Source: Balanoglossus misakiensis (Eukaryota; Animalia; Hemichordata). From it: 64,000 nucleotides of DNA. The notes under the pieces are model-generated. The model saw only the letters and a list, made by a program, of their open reading frames with translations. It made no database searches and was not told the origin of the DNA. Position numbers and translations under genes: made by a program. Positions 27,101-41,900 of the stretch are shown here, piece after piece. The first letter of the stretch is position 1; every line of letters begins with the position of its first letter. The stretch is from assembly GCA_040954595.2 (NCBI GenBank), contig CM082585.2:6783808-6847807 (forward strand). The letters are read 5' to 3'.

Positions 27101-30100
27101 GCATGTTCCCGTTGAATTCGATGACAATCACAATTCATAGAAACGACAGTGAAATCAACGTGGATGGTGTCAAAAGGGCTTCACTATCATTTTCACTTAA
27201 TCAAATCTCCCTTCGAAGTATCCATGTTGTTAGTTAAACAGAACCACATAGTCACAGTTTCTATAGCAACAGCTTCCATTCTATATGGACTTACCCTATT
27301 AACTAAAAAATGCAACAATGTGGCGTGTGTATTTTTCTTTCATGCGTCGCATACAATAATTATAGTGTCATTAAAATAATATGATGTGAAAAAATGGTCA
27401 TTTCAGTCCAGATGTGTATGTTACCGACAGTGGCAATTACAGCTACATCATAGTATCATTAATTTGAAAGGTTGTTCTTTGGCACAGTCCTTCGCTTCCA
27501 CTGTTTTTAAACACGGATTTCATTTGTAAAATCAGTAGCAGAATACTTACCATTCCAAAAAATCAACTTTTGATTGTTAATGATTGTTAGTGAACACTAC
27601 GTTTACAATAAACAACTTATTGCATAGAATATGACGAAATGGTAATTTAGTACAGCAACACACACAAACTTCAGGATCCACGTATTTATTACATGTATGT
27701 TCGGGTCATTGGCAAGTTTTCCTCCATCATTGTTCATATATTACATCATAAATTATGTACATATCTGATACTAACTGTGTCCTTGTAGGTTTGTGTTTGA
27801 AGGTGACTAGTATAAGGCTAAATGTAACTGATATAATTTTTGTTACGATTTAAAGTACACATTCTTATCAAATAGGGCGGTTTCCTTGACAACATGTTTT
27901 CTTATATTGAGTAAATTACCAATGATCACAATTATATAGATCTTTCTACGGGTTCTGGTATATAGGTTTACGTTAAATTGTCGAATCGAACACAATGACA
28001 CATGATTGGCAATAAAAAATATGCTGCTTGGAGGATCAGACCCCTTATCTTACTAACTTTTCCCAGTGCAATCTTGTTGTACCCCAATTTACAACTATTC
28101 TGAAGGATGGTGTAGTATTTGGTTTTTCTTCATCTCAAACTCGGATCAGTGTTCCATTGCATGATGCATACCGATTTGTGACTTTTTTAAATGTAAGAAT
28201 GCAATCTACCTCAAATTAAAATTAAAGCCTGAAAGTCAAAAATCTGTACAGTCATTTCAAACAGTTAGTAATGATATTTCTTTGCTGCAGTACATTATTT
28301 CATAATTCATAGTAACTGCAATAAGAGGATTAATGCCCAATATTTCATGGAAATGTACGTATCAGTGAAATAATACTTAAAACAATCGCCATCAGTTGCG
28401 TGTCTATCGTACAGAGGGGCATGAGTTCACATGATAAGCTTTATTGCCAAATAATCACTCATACAAAAAAGGGAATGCCGACCACAAGCATGTGGAAATC
28501 CAATTATTCAGCAAGACGTGATTTTTTAGTCAATTTATATTGAAGTTCACTCATTCACTTCGAACACCGACCTGTCTACACAGATCTCAAAATACACTGG
28601 AGGAGATACAAACATGTAATTGCAACTGATTAACATAAGAAAGAGTTTGAACCCTGTGGGTGTTATATTGATATACATTCAAGTTTTAGTGATATGTGCG
28701 TGACAAGAATTTCAATATTTCTAGAGGCAGTTCTTTGAGGACGACCAAACATTCCATTGCATACAACTCGATACACCTATTTGATTTGACATTACGTTTG
28801 ACCTTTTCGTTAATTTAAACAAAGTGGTGCTCCGTGTAATTATCTGAGCCAATTTAAGCTAAGGCATGCTGCAGTGGCTTGCATTTGTGTCGCACAAAAA
28901 CCACTGCACAGATACCAGTCACATTTCTATCACCGCAGTCTATTGATTACTGCAAACATTTGTGTCTGTGCTGCATTCGATTCACGGAGGAATCAGTTTC
29001 CGGGCTGAGAGTGAGTTTCATTTGACAGCCAGCGCAACGGTATAGGTCCAGAAGATGTTGCTGCACTTCGAAGGCATTCGAAGGTCTAAATGCTTTCCCT
29101 GCTGATAATGTTCACAATGCTCAAGACGCGATAGACTTAAATAAAAGGAGGTGTTAATAATGAAGTGTAAATTTATTATGAAACCAAAATCCTAGGTGAA
29201 AAGGCAGACTTATTATCTCATATGTGACAGAAAAGAAGGAACTAAAAAAACTATTTCAGTTTCATGAAAGTTCTTAATCTATAAATTTTTTATTATTCAA
29301 AATGTTCTCAGTGAAACCTGCAGACTGGTTACCATAGAAACGCGCAGAGTGATTATACCGTAGACAATTCCATCAGTACGACATTCATTGGACATTGATA
29401 TGGGGTTAGGGTGAATGTATTCCTGCGTGAAATGTATAACGATAAGATAATAAAAATGAGTGTGTGACTCCGCAGTATAATCGTGTACATAAAAAGAGAA
29501 CAGCGTTGTTGAGAATGATCCGTTCTCATAACTATGATATATTGGGCAGTTTGCGTTTGGTGGATTTCCGACTTTGTGACACTGCGACATCAATGTAGAA
29601 GCCGGGCTTGTTGGTTCTCAGTTATAGTGTCGCATTTAATTCGGAACCATTACTCACGTCACAGCTACACGATCATAACACAGTCGGAACTATTGATTGC
29701 ACAGATAGTCCTAACATCGGTAAACACTCATAGCAGAGTGCATTTGCTATACACGCTATCATTATTTGTGACTTTGCTGTCTACACATTTCTGGCGTTCT
29801 ATAAACTGTTCGTATTAATGCAATTATCCAAAGATATAGTATAAGCCCGTAAAATGTAATGACACACAATAGATACAGAATGCATGGGTGACTCCCCTCG
29901 CTTGCCTTAGAACGTTTGAATAATACATCCATTCACACACATGGATATCGATTTGATCTTTCAGGATTTCCAGACGAATGAACTTATTCTTGAGCCAGTC
30001 TAGTCCATTTAGCACGCATGTGAATGGCAACTACTAAGATCCTTCGCATAAATCCCATTTTCTAAGCGTCGAATAAAAATGAGTCATAGTTCGAGTTATT

Positions 30101-33100
30101 AGTACAAAACGGTGTCCTTTCTTAGACACTAAGCTTTTGATCATGTTCACCCAGGGCACATGAATTAGCCAAGATTATAAAATTATTAGAAAATAAATTT
30201 GTAATTTAGAATTGATAGTTGAAAATATTCCAAACATGAGAAATGACGTACTTGAAGCAGATAGGCTTAAACATTTGCGAAAAATATAGATTTTATATAG
30301 TGATATTTTTCTTTATGTATTAAAATATATGAAGGGATTTACCGTATATAAGTTATTGCCATGGTTTAAAAAATATTCATAAAACTTCATGCACTTTCTT
30401 AATAATAAAACATGGGCATTTTGACATCATGTGTTTAACAAAAACACATGTCTTTCTCCATGGCATTCTCTGAACAGTGAGTTAAAGTTATGGGCGCGTT
30501 GACCAAGCCATAGAAGATCCTGCACGTGTCGTTCCACTAATCGCTTTAACACACAAGACGACAAATCAAATCTCTATTGGCACTTTTATGATTCTCGTCT
30601 GGGAGACATTAATTTAACCTATCATTTCTTATTCCCCTCGGAAAGTGAACTTTGATCTGCTGTATAACAGTAGCGTTATGGAAGTGCATACTAAAACCAA
30701 ACCAGTCTACACACCTGACCGTTTGAACAGTTTGAATGCAAATCAAGCTTTAAATGTATTCATCATGCCGGCAACAGGGAACGGTAAAGGATTGTGTGAC
30801 GACATCAACCAGAATTCAATTCACTTAAATTTACTTCACGTCAATTAAATTCAATTCAATAATTTATATTTCACTGTTAAATTTTTATGTACTTATATTT
30901 CCTTCGAAGCAGTATTAGGGTAGAACCAGTTTATATTTTCTGAACAATATTTAGAAACAAAATGGTTTATCAACATTAACATAAAATAAACTAACATCCA
31001 ATCATAGTTGGGCTACTTAAAATGGTGGTCTCCAAAATAAATTAAAAAAAAAATCGCATCTTATCATATCTAGACGAGGTGTATGTCATTAAATAAACAT
31101 CCACAGCCATATATTCTATCTTATAGGGTTGTTCCCATAAAATGAAATAATATCCAACCACATGTGGGCTACCTGCCATAAGGTCATGAAGTTGATACAT
31201 TCTCGTGAAGTTGTGGAATCGATTTGTACACTGCATTCTTTTCAGAGAACGCTTTCTAGCAATCAGACTATTCGGATAGTACTGTCACCTATTGATCGAT
31301 ACAGTCAACCAAGCATGTCATCACTTCTCCATTAAGGGGGAAATACCTGTCGGCTACACCTCTCCAGATAATGAACGTATTAGGTATATCTTCTCCAATT
31401 GTAGGCTGCATTACAGTTAGTGTGAGGTCATTTTGACAACTGAAAAGAACAACAGGATTCAATATTCAGTGACTGTCATACTGATTTGCCACACCACTAC
31501 ATACGATGCGAATCTTCTTGCGAGAAAAAAAGGACACAAGACATTTTGTTTGTACAGTATTTATTGGTGCAATTGGCACAATAGGATATGTCGACAAACC
31601 ATGCAATCAAGCTATCGATAATTCTCTCAGTGATTAAACAAATCATATTCAAGGCAAATTCATTTGCGTTTTCCAGAATATAAAGTAATGGATACTGTTG
31701 ATTACCCATGCACTTAAATAAAATAAATTAGAAATGTGGACGGCGAACATCAAACTTACAACAATATGCCCCTAAATAACTCTAATCTACCCAGACTGCA
31801 TATAAGATGTGATATTTAGAATTTTCAAAAAGCTATCTCTGGCATTGAGGCTTATTAAGATAATACACTAACTTTAATATTGCTAATGGGCATATGAAAA
31901 TCCCTTTAAATTTTTGATAGAGCCATGAGTTTTTTACGGTTTCTTTGGATAATATACCAAGCTCCTCTAATTACGCAAAGCAAATGAATTTAGGGAAAAG
32001 TCTTAGGATTCACGAAGTTGATGTTCGTAAGAACAATAACCTTAGGTTTAGTAACTGTTTTGTAGTCATCTTGAACACAGGCTTAAGTAAACTTATCAAT
32101 ATTTTGTTCCTTGCCCGTTTATTTATTTATTTATTTATTTATTTATTCATTTATTTATTTACAACAAAGGCCAATTAGACGATGCATATATAAATGTTGT
32201 AAGATCGCTTGAAGATTTCAAGTAGCATGCAACCTTTGCCTCTAACCTTTTATAAATTATACAACGTGTAGACTTTGTAACCAGATGTGTACTCAATATC
32301 CTTGGACTATTGTAGATTTATTGGTTGTACTTGTGAAAAAGTGCAGTTGTAGATTTAACCCTGTGAGTGTGCATTCTTGTAATTAAGACCCTATTACAGT
32401 TCATTTATTTCACATTGCAATAAAGCAGCTGTTGTAAAGAATTTAAGCTTAATACAAAAAGCTCATTATGATTTTTGTTGCATGATAACAGTTCATATGA
32501 TGTGACACAAAAGCACAATGATTTTGTACAATCCATTGCTTCATATAAATCGCCCAAATCATAATATCCCACGGCGTGATAAGATATACATGTAAATACT
32601 GTTAACATTTTGGTTACGTCATCAATAACCAATAGGTCTGGTGGAGTGCTTGACATTTTATTTGTGATGCCGACTACTTCAAATAAGCCATGCTTAAAAC
32701 TGGATAATATAAAGCGTTTCTGCCGGCGTATTACTGCACAGCGCAAGAAAATGGCCCAATCCATATCAGATTCCCTTGCATCATTCCTCGTCTCCCACGG
32801 ATTATACGACGTGCGTGCTTTTATGTGTACTTTACCCCCAAGGGAAGAAAATTCACTCGGTTCCTGGTGTGTCTCTACATAACTTGCTCGATCGGTATTC
32901 TGCTGTGCGCACGTTCGTAGACAAACCATTTTCATGATCTAGATGGGGCTGGCAGTAGTGATTATAATCAAGGGCATTTCTCGTGTAAAATCAGAAACAC
33001 CAAACAATAAAACGTTTCTCCGTACGAAAACGTAGGCAACGTGCTTTCGCTTGGCAAATTTAAGGGTTCATAACGGCAAACTAGTGTCCACTTTCCTCTT

Positions 33101-35877
33101 CTTGTTAATATTATTTTACTCCCCAGTATAACAATAGCTTCTTCCGCGTGAAACAATAATCTTACAGGATTCCTGTGCGTCAAATACAGCGAGACAATGG
33201 CTAGAATTTGCGATTTCAACAGTATTGTTGTATTCAAAGGCTTTATAACAATAACTAACTTCAAAGGTTAACATCCAACATCACTAATACAGTTACAGAT
33301 ATAAAATCAATTTACTGTCTAAGTAAATCTATAATTTTGTATCTTATAGGATGAAAAATTCCAAATTTTGACCACCACTGTCTGGGCCACACAGGTAAGT
33401 TATTGCTGCTATCAATATTACTTCCAATAATATAATTTTCTGTCAACGGCATGATTATGGAAGAATTATACTAAGAAGGGGTGTGGCTATTGTGAACCCT
33501 AACTTTGAACTCTTGTATGGTAACTCTAAACCTAGCTGTTTGGAATCTCGAACATATCCTAAATGCTCATTTACTTCAGCCAGTTCCTTTTAGTACAGTT
33601 TCTACATAACACAATGGTACTGTTTACACGACTTATATATGCGGGGGTTCTTAAATGTGCCGTAAACGTACGAGTTACAGTATGCTATATAAATGTTTAT
33701 TTGCAGATGCGAAACTCAGAGATAATGGGAGTGGAAGTTGACTTTACTAATGTTGTCATCTTTTCCATTAACCATCTTCTTGCCTCTTCCTGAAAATCAA
33801 CCGAAATGAAAAAAAAAATGCGCAGCGATAACGTAGAATTATTCTTTACCGAGACACTTTGATCATTGAGGCTAACGAACACTGTGCTTTGTGTCAGCTC
33901 CAACTATACTACAGCTACATACTTGGTCAGGTCAGGATTATCCATGACATATTGATGAAAGGATGGTCTTCTGCCTTCAGGCTCATCATTGTCCGCAATG
34001 AATATAGTTCAATCGTACTTTAACAAATTAATGGCAATGGGCAATTTCCCTCAACACACATGGTTTGTACATTTGTAACTAAAATACAACTCCTGCATGT
34101 TCAGCTAAACATCACAGTGTCTGTTGATAACAAAACTCACACCATTTTGAGATTATATATGCAGACATAAAACATCATCAGTATTCGTCTTATATCCTAG
34201 TGTTATTGAATGGATCTTTGAAATAAAATGCAAAAGGATGATTTGACTTGTGTTGACGATATCACACGGCATCTAGCATTCTGGTGGCTAGACATTCGTC
34301 CGTTGTGTGACATTCCAAAATGTCCGTCTTTCATATACACAAAGTAATTCAGTTGGAGGAATTCAGATGACCTAATAAGTTGAGCTGATCAAAATGTTAT
34401 TACAGCTGTTAACAAATGATACCAATCTGTCGCTGATTTATTTTATGTTTGTAAGACACTGTCTGTGCATTGAGTCAATACATGTGAGTACCTGGTAGAT
34501 TGCACAACAAAGTTGACTATATTCAATCAAGTCAATGCCTAGTGGTGAGATGTGTTATGAAATGAAGAAAATTGCATTATACTAAATGACAGTCTGGGTA
34601 CAGCGTCTGTGATTAAACTCCATACTGTATAGAGAAAAGCCCACAGCCATCACGACACACAAACCCTAAAGGCTTTTATTTGCATGGAGAATCAGTGAAT
34701 CAGCTGCTTCTTGTATACTAAGAGCCATTGTTGTAATTGTGGTACACAAATCCATCAAATAAGAAACAACCGATATAAAACTGTATGAAGGCACATTGAA
34801 ATTGTTTACTTTCATTAGTGACATCTCACCACTTCAGAATCGAATTCCCTAATGAATGTTTTCTTCGTTTTCAATTTGAATTTACGATTTGTTCCAGGAG
34901 TAAGATGCATTCAGTGAAATCATATTCCTGTGGGCACACAGTTTTGAATAATCAAAGACATAAGGCTAAAATCCACGACAAACACCTTTAAACTGAGAAC
35001 ATGTACTTTCCCATAATACATGTACCGGTATACAGTTGTCAACTCGCATGTTTGCGATGAGGGAGAAATCCTCCTTGTCATAAACCAGAGTCTGCATTAG
35101 AACTGTTCCGCTTATTTTGCATGGATATAAGTTCTCGCGCACATAATTGAAATGGTCGTTTTGGGAATTGAGAAAGCAAGATTGTCAACGCAACGTGGGT
35201 AATTACGTTGATAGAACATATACGATGAACGATCATCACAATTCACAGTCAGTTTACACGTAGTAAATATTAATTAGTCGAGCTTGGTCAGTGTACGTAG
35301 AAATATCAATGAAAATGATATATCAGTAACTGTTGAATTAGCAGGATTGAATGTATTCAGCCAGTTAATCAAACGTGTATCTGGGGAGCATTGTAGATTA
35401 TCATAATAACAGTAAAAGTGTTTCTTATATTACACATTTCAGCTTCACAAATTGAACTGTGCAGATCGTTGAAGTATTTGTTTTCATTTTAGGACTGGAC
35501 TGATAGTATTTGATTGTACATTTAAAATTAGTTTTAAATTCATCTTTCAAAATAAATATTTTCTAAACTAACCTCTAGTGAATCACCTGTATAATAGTAC
35601 TGTAAAACTTAATATGTAAATCTGTTTCCATTCATGGAATTATACATATTTATTGCTGTTGCATCTGAACGGGTTTTTAATAATTATCATTTTATCATAA
35701 TTTTTTATGACTACTCGTCTTGCTTGGAGCTTTATCTGAGCGGTTCCCTTTTAGCAATTATGTAAAGTAATGAAAGGCTTAATAATCGCTTACGGGTATA
35801 CACTAACCTAATATGGTTTTCATCCAAGATGATGATGATGATGATGGTGGTGATGGTGATGGTGGTGGTGATGATGA

Positions 35878-35909
<32 letters not shown>

Positions 35910-35919
35910 ATGGTGGTGA

Positions 35920-35951
<32 letters not shown>

Positions 35952-35961
35952 ATGGTGGTGA

Positions 35962-35993
<32 letters not shown>

Positions 35994-38900
35994 ATGGTGG
36001 TGATGATGATGATGATGGTGGTGGTGGTGATGATGCTCGGTGTTTTACTTTGAATAGAAAACATCTATGTAAAGCTCAACTGCTTGCTTATTTCTGTATG
36101 TACACTGGGAATGAAATAAGAATTACAGACATACAGATCTCTGGATAATGACATCAGGTGAACGTTTGAGAAACAGAAAATCTCATTTACACAAAATGGC
36201 AGCTGCACAAATTGCATTAATCTCTCGTAAAGGCGGTGTTTTACACAATAATACTTCAAACATGGTCCGAACAAGAGTTGTCATGCTCTACGCGGAATCA
36301 TACTTTATTCGTCTATCATCTCGTTAGGATAACTAATGCTGTCAAAGACAGAGTTCTCGATCTTTGGTTATCACATTACTTTTTTCTGACATGGACTTTT
36401 TAACGTAATGGGAGTATTTTGTTTCTTATTTCATTTTTTATCTAGTCAGTCCAATTGATTTTATACAAAAGTGCATGATAACCGACCAATGCGTTTAAAC
36501 AGCCCTCCCTTCCGTCAATTTTGACAATGTCCCTAGGTCTGACTTCCGGCGTTGGGCGGAAACGCCGTCGAAAATTTTATTTAAATACAAGATGAACTGC
36601 TTGATAAAGAATAGTAAAGCACCCAGATTTTAAATTCATCTCAACTTCTCGGATAAGAGTTTATAATGTGATTATTTTCAATGGGAAACAATGCAGTTTC
36701 CAGCGGATCAATATTCCGCCGGCAAAGTACCCTGCAGTGAACTGATCAAATTTATTTCCTGCGTCACTGTTTGCCTCACAAAGGTAGGAACAAAGGCCGT
36801 GGATGGATGAATGTTGCCCTAACAATTTTATCTTTGTGGCGATATTGCTTCCATTTCAAGATACATATTTGGTTTCTCCTATTCACCCACCTTACAACTC
36901 GTCCAATTTGATTAAATAAATCGTGTTAATGTCTCACCGTATCCATTTAATGTCATTATTATTGAAAGGTAATACTCTGAATGCAAACAAGCTTTTTCCT
37001 TCACATCAGGTGACGCGCTTACTAAACCATGAAGGGTGATATAACAGTGATGTTCTCACAAATCTATGTGAAATACTGAATATTATTTATAGGGTATACC
37101 ATTGCGATATCCTTGTTATTTCAAAATAAGCCAGCTTGCTGAGTGAAACAACACAGAATACCCCCCCCCCCCCTTTATATGCGAAACATTAACAATGGAA
37201 ACTATTATGACACTGTCTGCTATGCGAAAGATCCGTTCTTTTTTTCTATTTCTTTCTCTATGAAATATAGAAACTTTGTGTATTCTACGTACATGGAAAC
37301 TGAGTATTCATCATAGTTGTTCTATTGCATAAAACTGAGTACCTTTTTCCTGCATTGTTATTTTTGAAAGATTGGTTTGAATCCAGGATGGGAATTCATA
37401 AGTCAACAAAAACTATCGGTGTACACACATGCTACCGTGACTGGCAAGCAAAATAACGGGGCCGTTAGGCAGGCTTTAAGGTATAGAACAACAAATTCTA
37501 GTTCGTATGCAAAAGAAACTCCTCAGCATAGCCATGTGTTATATCTTCGGTTCCTTTAATCATATACTTGAAGATGTAAAATTACCATGCTCTTTTGACA
37601 GACAGAAACAAAAACGTGTTAAATCGACGGTATCTAGTAAATTCCTCAAAGACCATTTTTTTCTGTCATGCCCCGTCAGTTTAGTCAGAGGAATTGAAAC
37701 ATCACAACGAAAGCATGAGTTCGTTTCATTAATCGAGATCGGAATTCCCCAAGACGTCAACCTGTGACTCACCATGTTAGATACCGCGAAAACACTGACG
37801 TAGTTTATGCTTCGGAAGATCAAACAAACAGAATAGTGTATTAGTTTGCTACATAATAAATGTATTTCAGCTTGACCTCGCCAAATGATTGCTTCTTGAT
37901 CCATAGTTCCTTTTTAAATGTTATGTATCCTAATACAACCCACGCTACATTCAGAGTCTTTCATGCACTAACATTGATGTCTTCCAGCGGTTAATGGAAG
38001 GGTCGCGGTCGGCATTGTTCCCATGACGATTGAATTTTCAAAACTACCTTGCCCCCGGGGGAGAACAAATCAATCAAGCACTTGTATTCGCGCTTCGGGG
38101 AAAAGAATCAATAAACTGTTCTCACCTGAGCAGAGGTGCTGTGTTATCTGTTCATAAAATGTACTTTCCATGGTGCACTTTCTTTATTTTGTATCTGTTT
38201 TTAATATGCTGGTATATCGAAGGCGTGGTTGTTCGTCTTCATGGACTTACATTAAAGGTATACGGTCATCTATGTAAATTTTGCTACAGTTTAACCATCG
38301 CAAATTGAGAATTTGCCAATCAGAGATATTTAGTGGGTGGCACACCACCATTTGTTCTTTAGAACACTGAAATGCTCCATTGGAGTCATATATGGTTGCA
38401 TATAAATTGGAGGTGACCGTGTACCTTTAATCATCGTGGTAACGGTCCTCATTGATTTCTTGTATCGCATACAATTACACATTGTCTGAAACGCCTTATG
38501 AAAATGAATATAAACTCCTCATTGATTTCTTGTATCGCATACAATAAATACACATTGTCTGAAACGCCTTATGAAAATGAATATAAACTAGATCGTAGAT
38601 TTTAAATTCATTCAGAATCGATTACCGTTGAAATGACTCGTCAATATTCAAGTTTCATGTGAATGCCATTGATTCCAGGAATTGAAAAGAATATTGTTTT
38701 GGTTCGTAGTATTGTTTTTATCTACATCTTCTTGGAAAATGACTACAGCTTCATGCTTGACATCTTGGATAGCTTGACCCGAAAGCATATCATGCTCTTT
38801 CTTGAGATATAGACACCGTCGATTATCAACTCTATATGGCTTTCACCTTCCTATGTGAGTCGAGGTCTGAATCTGTCGCATCCAATGCGAATTCAATTGC

Positions 38901-41900
38901 GAAGCTCCAAAAGAAAGTGTCATTAATGATTGTATACATAAAACGTTCAATAGAGTATGTTTTCACGCCTAATATCCAAAGCTAAAGCGCAAACATAATT
39001 GCATTTAGTAGTAAAACACCCAGAATAAAGGGATCTGTAGTGAAACTGTATTTACCGAGGTAACATAGAAATTGCCGAGAATGCTTTCATGCATGCGAAG
39101 GTTTAATGCTAATTCTGTTGAGATATACACTGTCTGCAGTACAATAAACCTGCCTTGATGTTATCACACCCCCAGCTTCGGGAAATGTCAAGATGAACAC
39201 TACTAAATGGCAGCAATCCACGGGATTGCTCAGATTTGCTCTAAGTCATGACGTCATCACCCGAGGCATGCCTTCGCGGTTTAGTCACGTGGCAACACTC
39301 GATGAGCCTATCGCAGTGCGGGAGATTGTTAACATTTTAGGAAACCGTCTTTGAGCCGAAGCTGTATGCTCGACTACCACTACAGAAATGAAAAGCTGTT
39401 ATCTCTAGATGGTGAATCTTGGCAGCGCAGCTGTGCAACTAATTTGAACACACATTAACGGATTTCACTTTTTTCATCAAGACAAAATGTTTCTTTATAC
39501 CGAGGTCATCTACCACCTTAATGCTCACCTTTGTTCAGCAGGGTCACGTGACTTGAGGCTATCGCATGAATAAGGTCACATACTCTCTTTATCTGCGATA
39601 ACGGTAGAACATTCACGTGACTTTTGATCTTTGTATCGCATCGGCAGACAATATATCGACAGCCTGTACCATTGTTTAAAATTAAAACGTTCTGATTCAT
39701 ACTTTTTGAAATAAGAATGCACATCGTGCAGTTTTGGCTCGTGTGCACAGATGGTGTGCCACTGGCAATTTGAGAAAAGAACACTAAGATAGTGAACATC
39801 ATTCAGCCAAGCCAATGACTAAATCAATAATTAATGCACCGTGAATGAATACCAATGCGAATATAAGTCCCTCATTACAGCCAGGAATTAAGAATCTAAA
39901 TAACACACCATCTCATAAAGTTTCTTGACGACACCAACCTAATCATCATTGCAGGTCTTGAGTCAAGCTTACATTATGTTAATTTTGGGGGGGGGGGGGG
40001 CAACTTCAGTGTTGCCCTTTTGATGAAAGGAAGTGTTCAAAAATGCCTTGTCAGCATTAACATGTTTGATTACTTTGGTATTTGGTCTACATGTAATTTC
40101 TATTGGTCACCTGGGGTGATTTAAATCTGTTTATGTTTTTATTTCATATTATCATGAAATCTGTAATACTGTATTTTCCACTAGTCCAACTGGAATTGCT
40201 TTGAAATGTATGGTAGGACTGTAGGACGTGTACTCTCGGATGTCGCCTGGTTGGTCAAATAGTTTCTGATGATATTTACATAGTTTTCATATTCACTTCG
40301 CAGAGATGGCATGACGACTATCTGACATGGAATGCTAGTGAATACAATGGACTGGAAAAACTGCGCATACCAGCCAGTATGCTTTGGCTGCCAGACACAG
40401 TGTTGTATAATACGTAAGTCTAACAAGAGAAGCATGGGATAACATGAAAAATAACTTGAAAAGAACATAAATAAAGATTGATATTAAGAATGGCCATATC
40501 TGGGGGCACACATGTTGTTGAACATGACTGATGGAGCTGTTCCACCCTCCTTTTCACCTGAAGGTGTATGTCACTCTCATATTATTAAAACCAGCTATTT
40601 ATTTCATCTCGCCCCAATTGTGTAGTGCCAAGGAGGACAATGAAAACTTCATGTTGGACGTCCAAACCAACATCATCATCAATGCAAGTGGTGGCATCGA
40701 CTGGAGCGCTCTGGTTATCATGAAGACCTTTTGTCCAGTCAACATTTTCTACTTCCCGTTCGACACGCAGCAGTGCCAGATGAAGTTCGGGTCTTGGCAG
40801 TATGACGCCCGCTTCATAGACTACCACGAAGGTCCAGCTGATGCGAGTAATTACCAACACAATGGGGAATGGGACACACAAGGTCCGTATATATATATCC
40901 CTACATTTTCTAATACTCGCTCTTTCTTCTGACAAATGAAGCAGTGTATTGTGGTTGTTGTGTGAATGTTCGAGCTTTGTAGACATGACAAGCCCACGAT
41001 AATGAAAAGTGCACATGCATATGATGGATACCGGGTTATTGGTGCCCATCAGGACAATAATGCAGCTGTCAATCAAAGAGACATTGGAAAAAAACGCTGC
41101 AGAATTGCTCTCGTGGTGCGTGGATCTATGTCCTTTAATTGAATACGTTTATATCATGTGTACTTTTCTATCGTACATATAATGGTATAAAATAAAACGA
41201 CGCCGGTATTATGGTATCGTTCCTCTAAAATATGAGACAAGGATAATTTCATATCGAAAAGTACACGTAAAATGAGCACCATTTTGATCTGCACTAAAGC
41301 AATTAAACTGACCGACAAATCCACTGGGCTGACAGATCAGGCCCCTGCACTGAAACATAGCTCAGTGTCCCAACGACTTTTATGTAGCTAGAAATATAAA
41401 TCCATCCAACCTTGACTAAAAGTTGGTGCTATTAGCCAACGAGCATCTCAGGATTGCGTCGTTTTACGAGAAGATGTCTACCGCTCTAGTTTTTTTTTAC
41501 TAATTGGTCTGTATGCCTCAGTGCATTTAACCGATCTTCAATGAGTATATAAACGTGACATATTGTATGCATGCTTTTCACTGAGTTTAAGAGCGTATCA
41601 GTGTAACAACAGCTGCAGAACTACACATATAACAAGAAATCTGACAAGACAGCTTTTATTCTGTTGGTTTCTAATATTATTTTAGGGCCGTCAGACACAC
41701 ATTTTTTTCTTTACCATATTTAATAGGTGTCAGCGTTCTATTGGTTAAACTGCACTCTCCACAGTTAAAATGATATACCTAACTTATCGCCGTCACTCGT
41801 CAACAGCCCGAGAATCAATCACCCAAGGGTTAAAACGAGAATGCTTTGAAAGCCGTTTCTGCTTTCACATCTGCCCTGTTTGCAGCAAAAATGATATCGG

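Noticed and set aside
32405-32935. 176-aa minus-strand ORF in nAChR intron 2
   Set aside because: No motif and random-like composition; treated as chance.
35732-36148. Poly-D/G acidic ORF resembling a biomineralisation protein
   Set aside because: It is a GAT/GGT microsatellite inside an intron, with no signal peptide or splice support.
40585-41076. 163-aa antisense ORF
   Set aside because: Shadow of nAChR exon 5.
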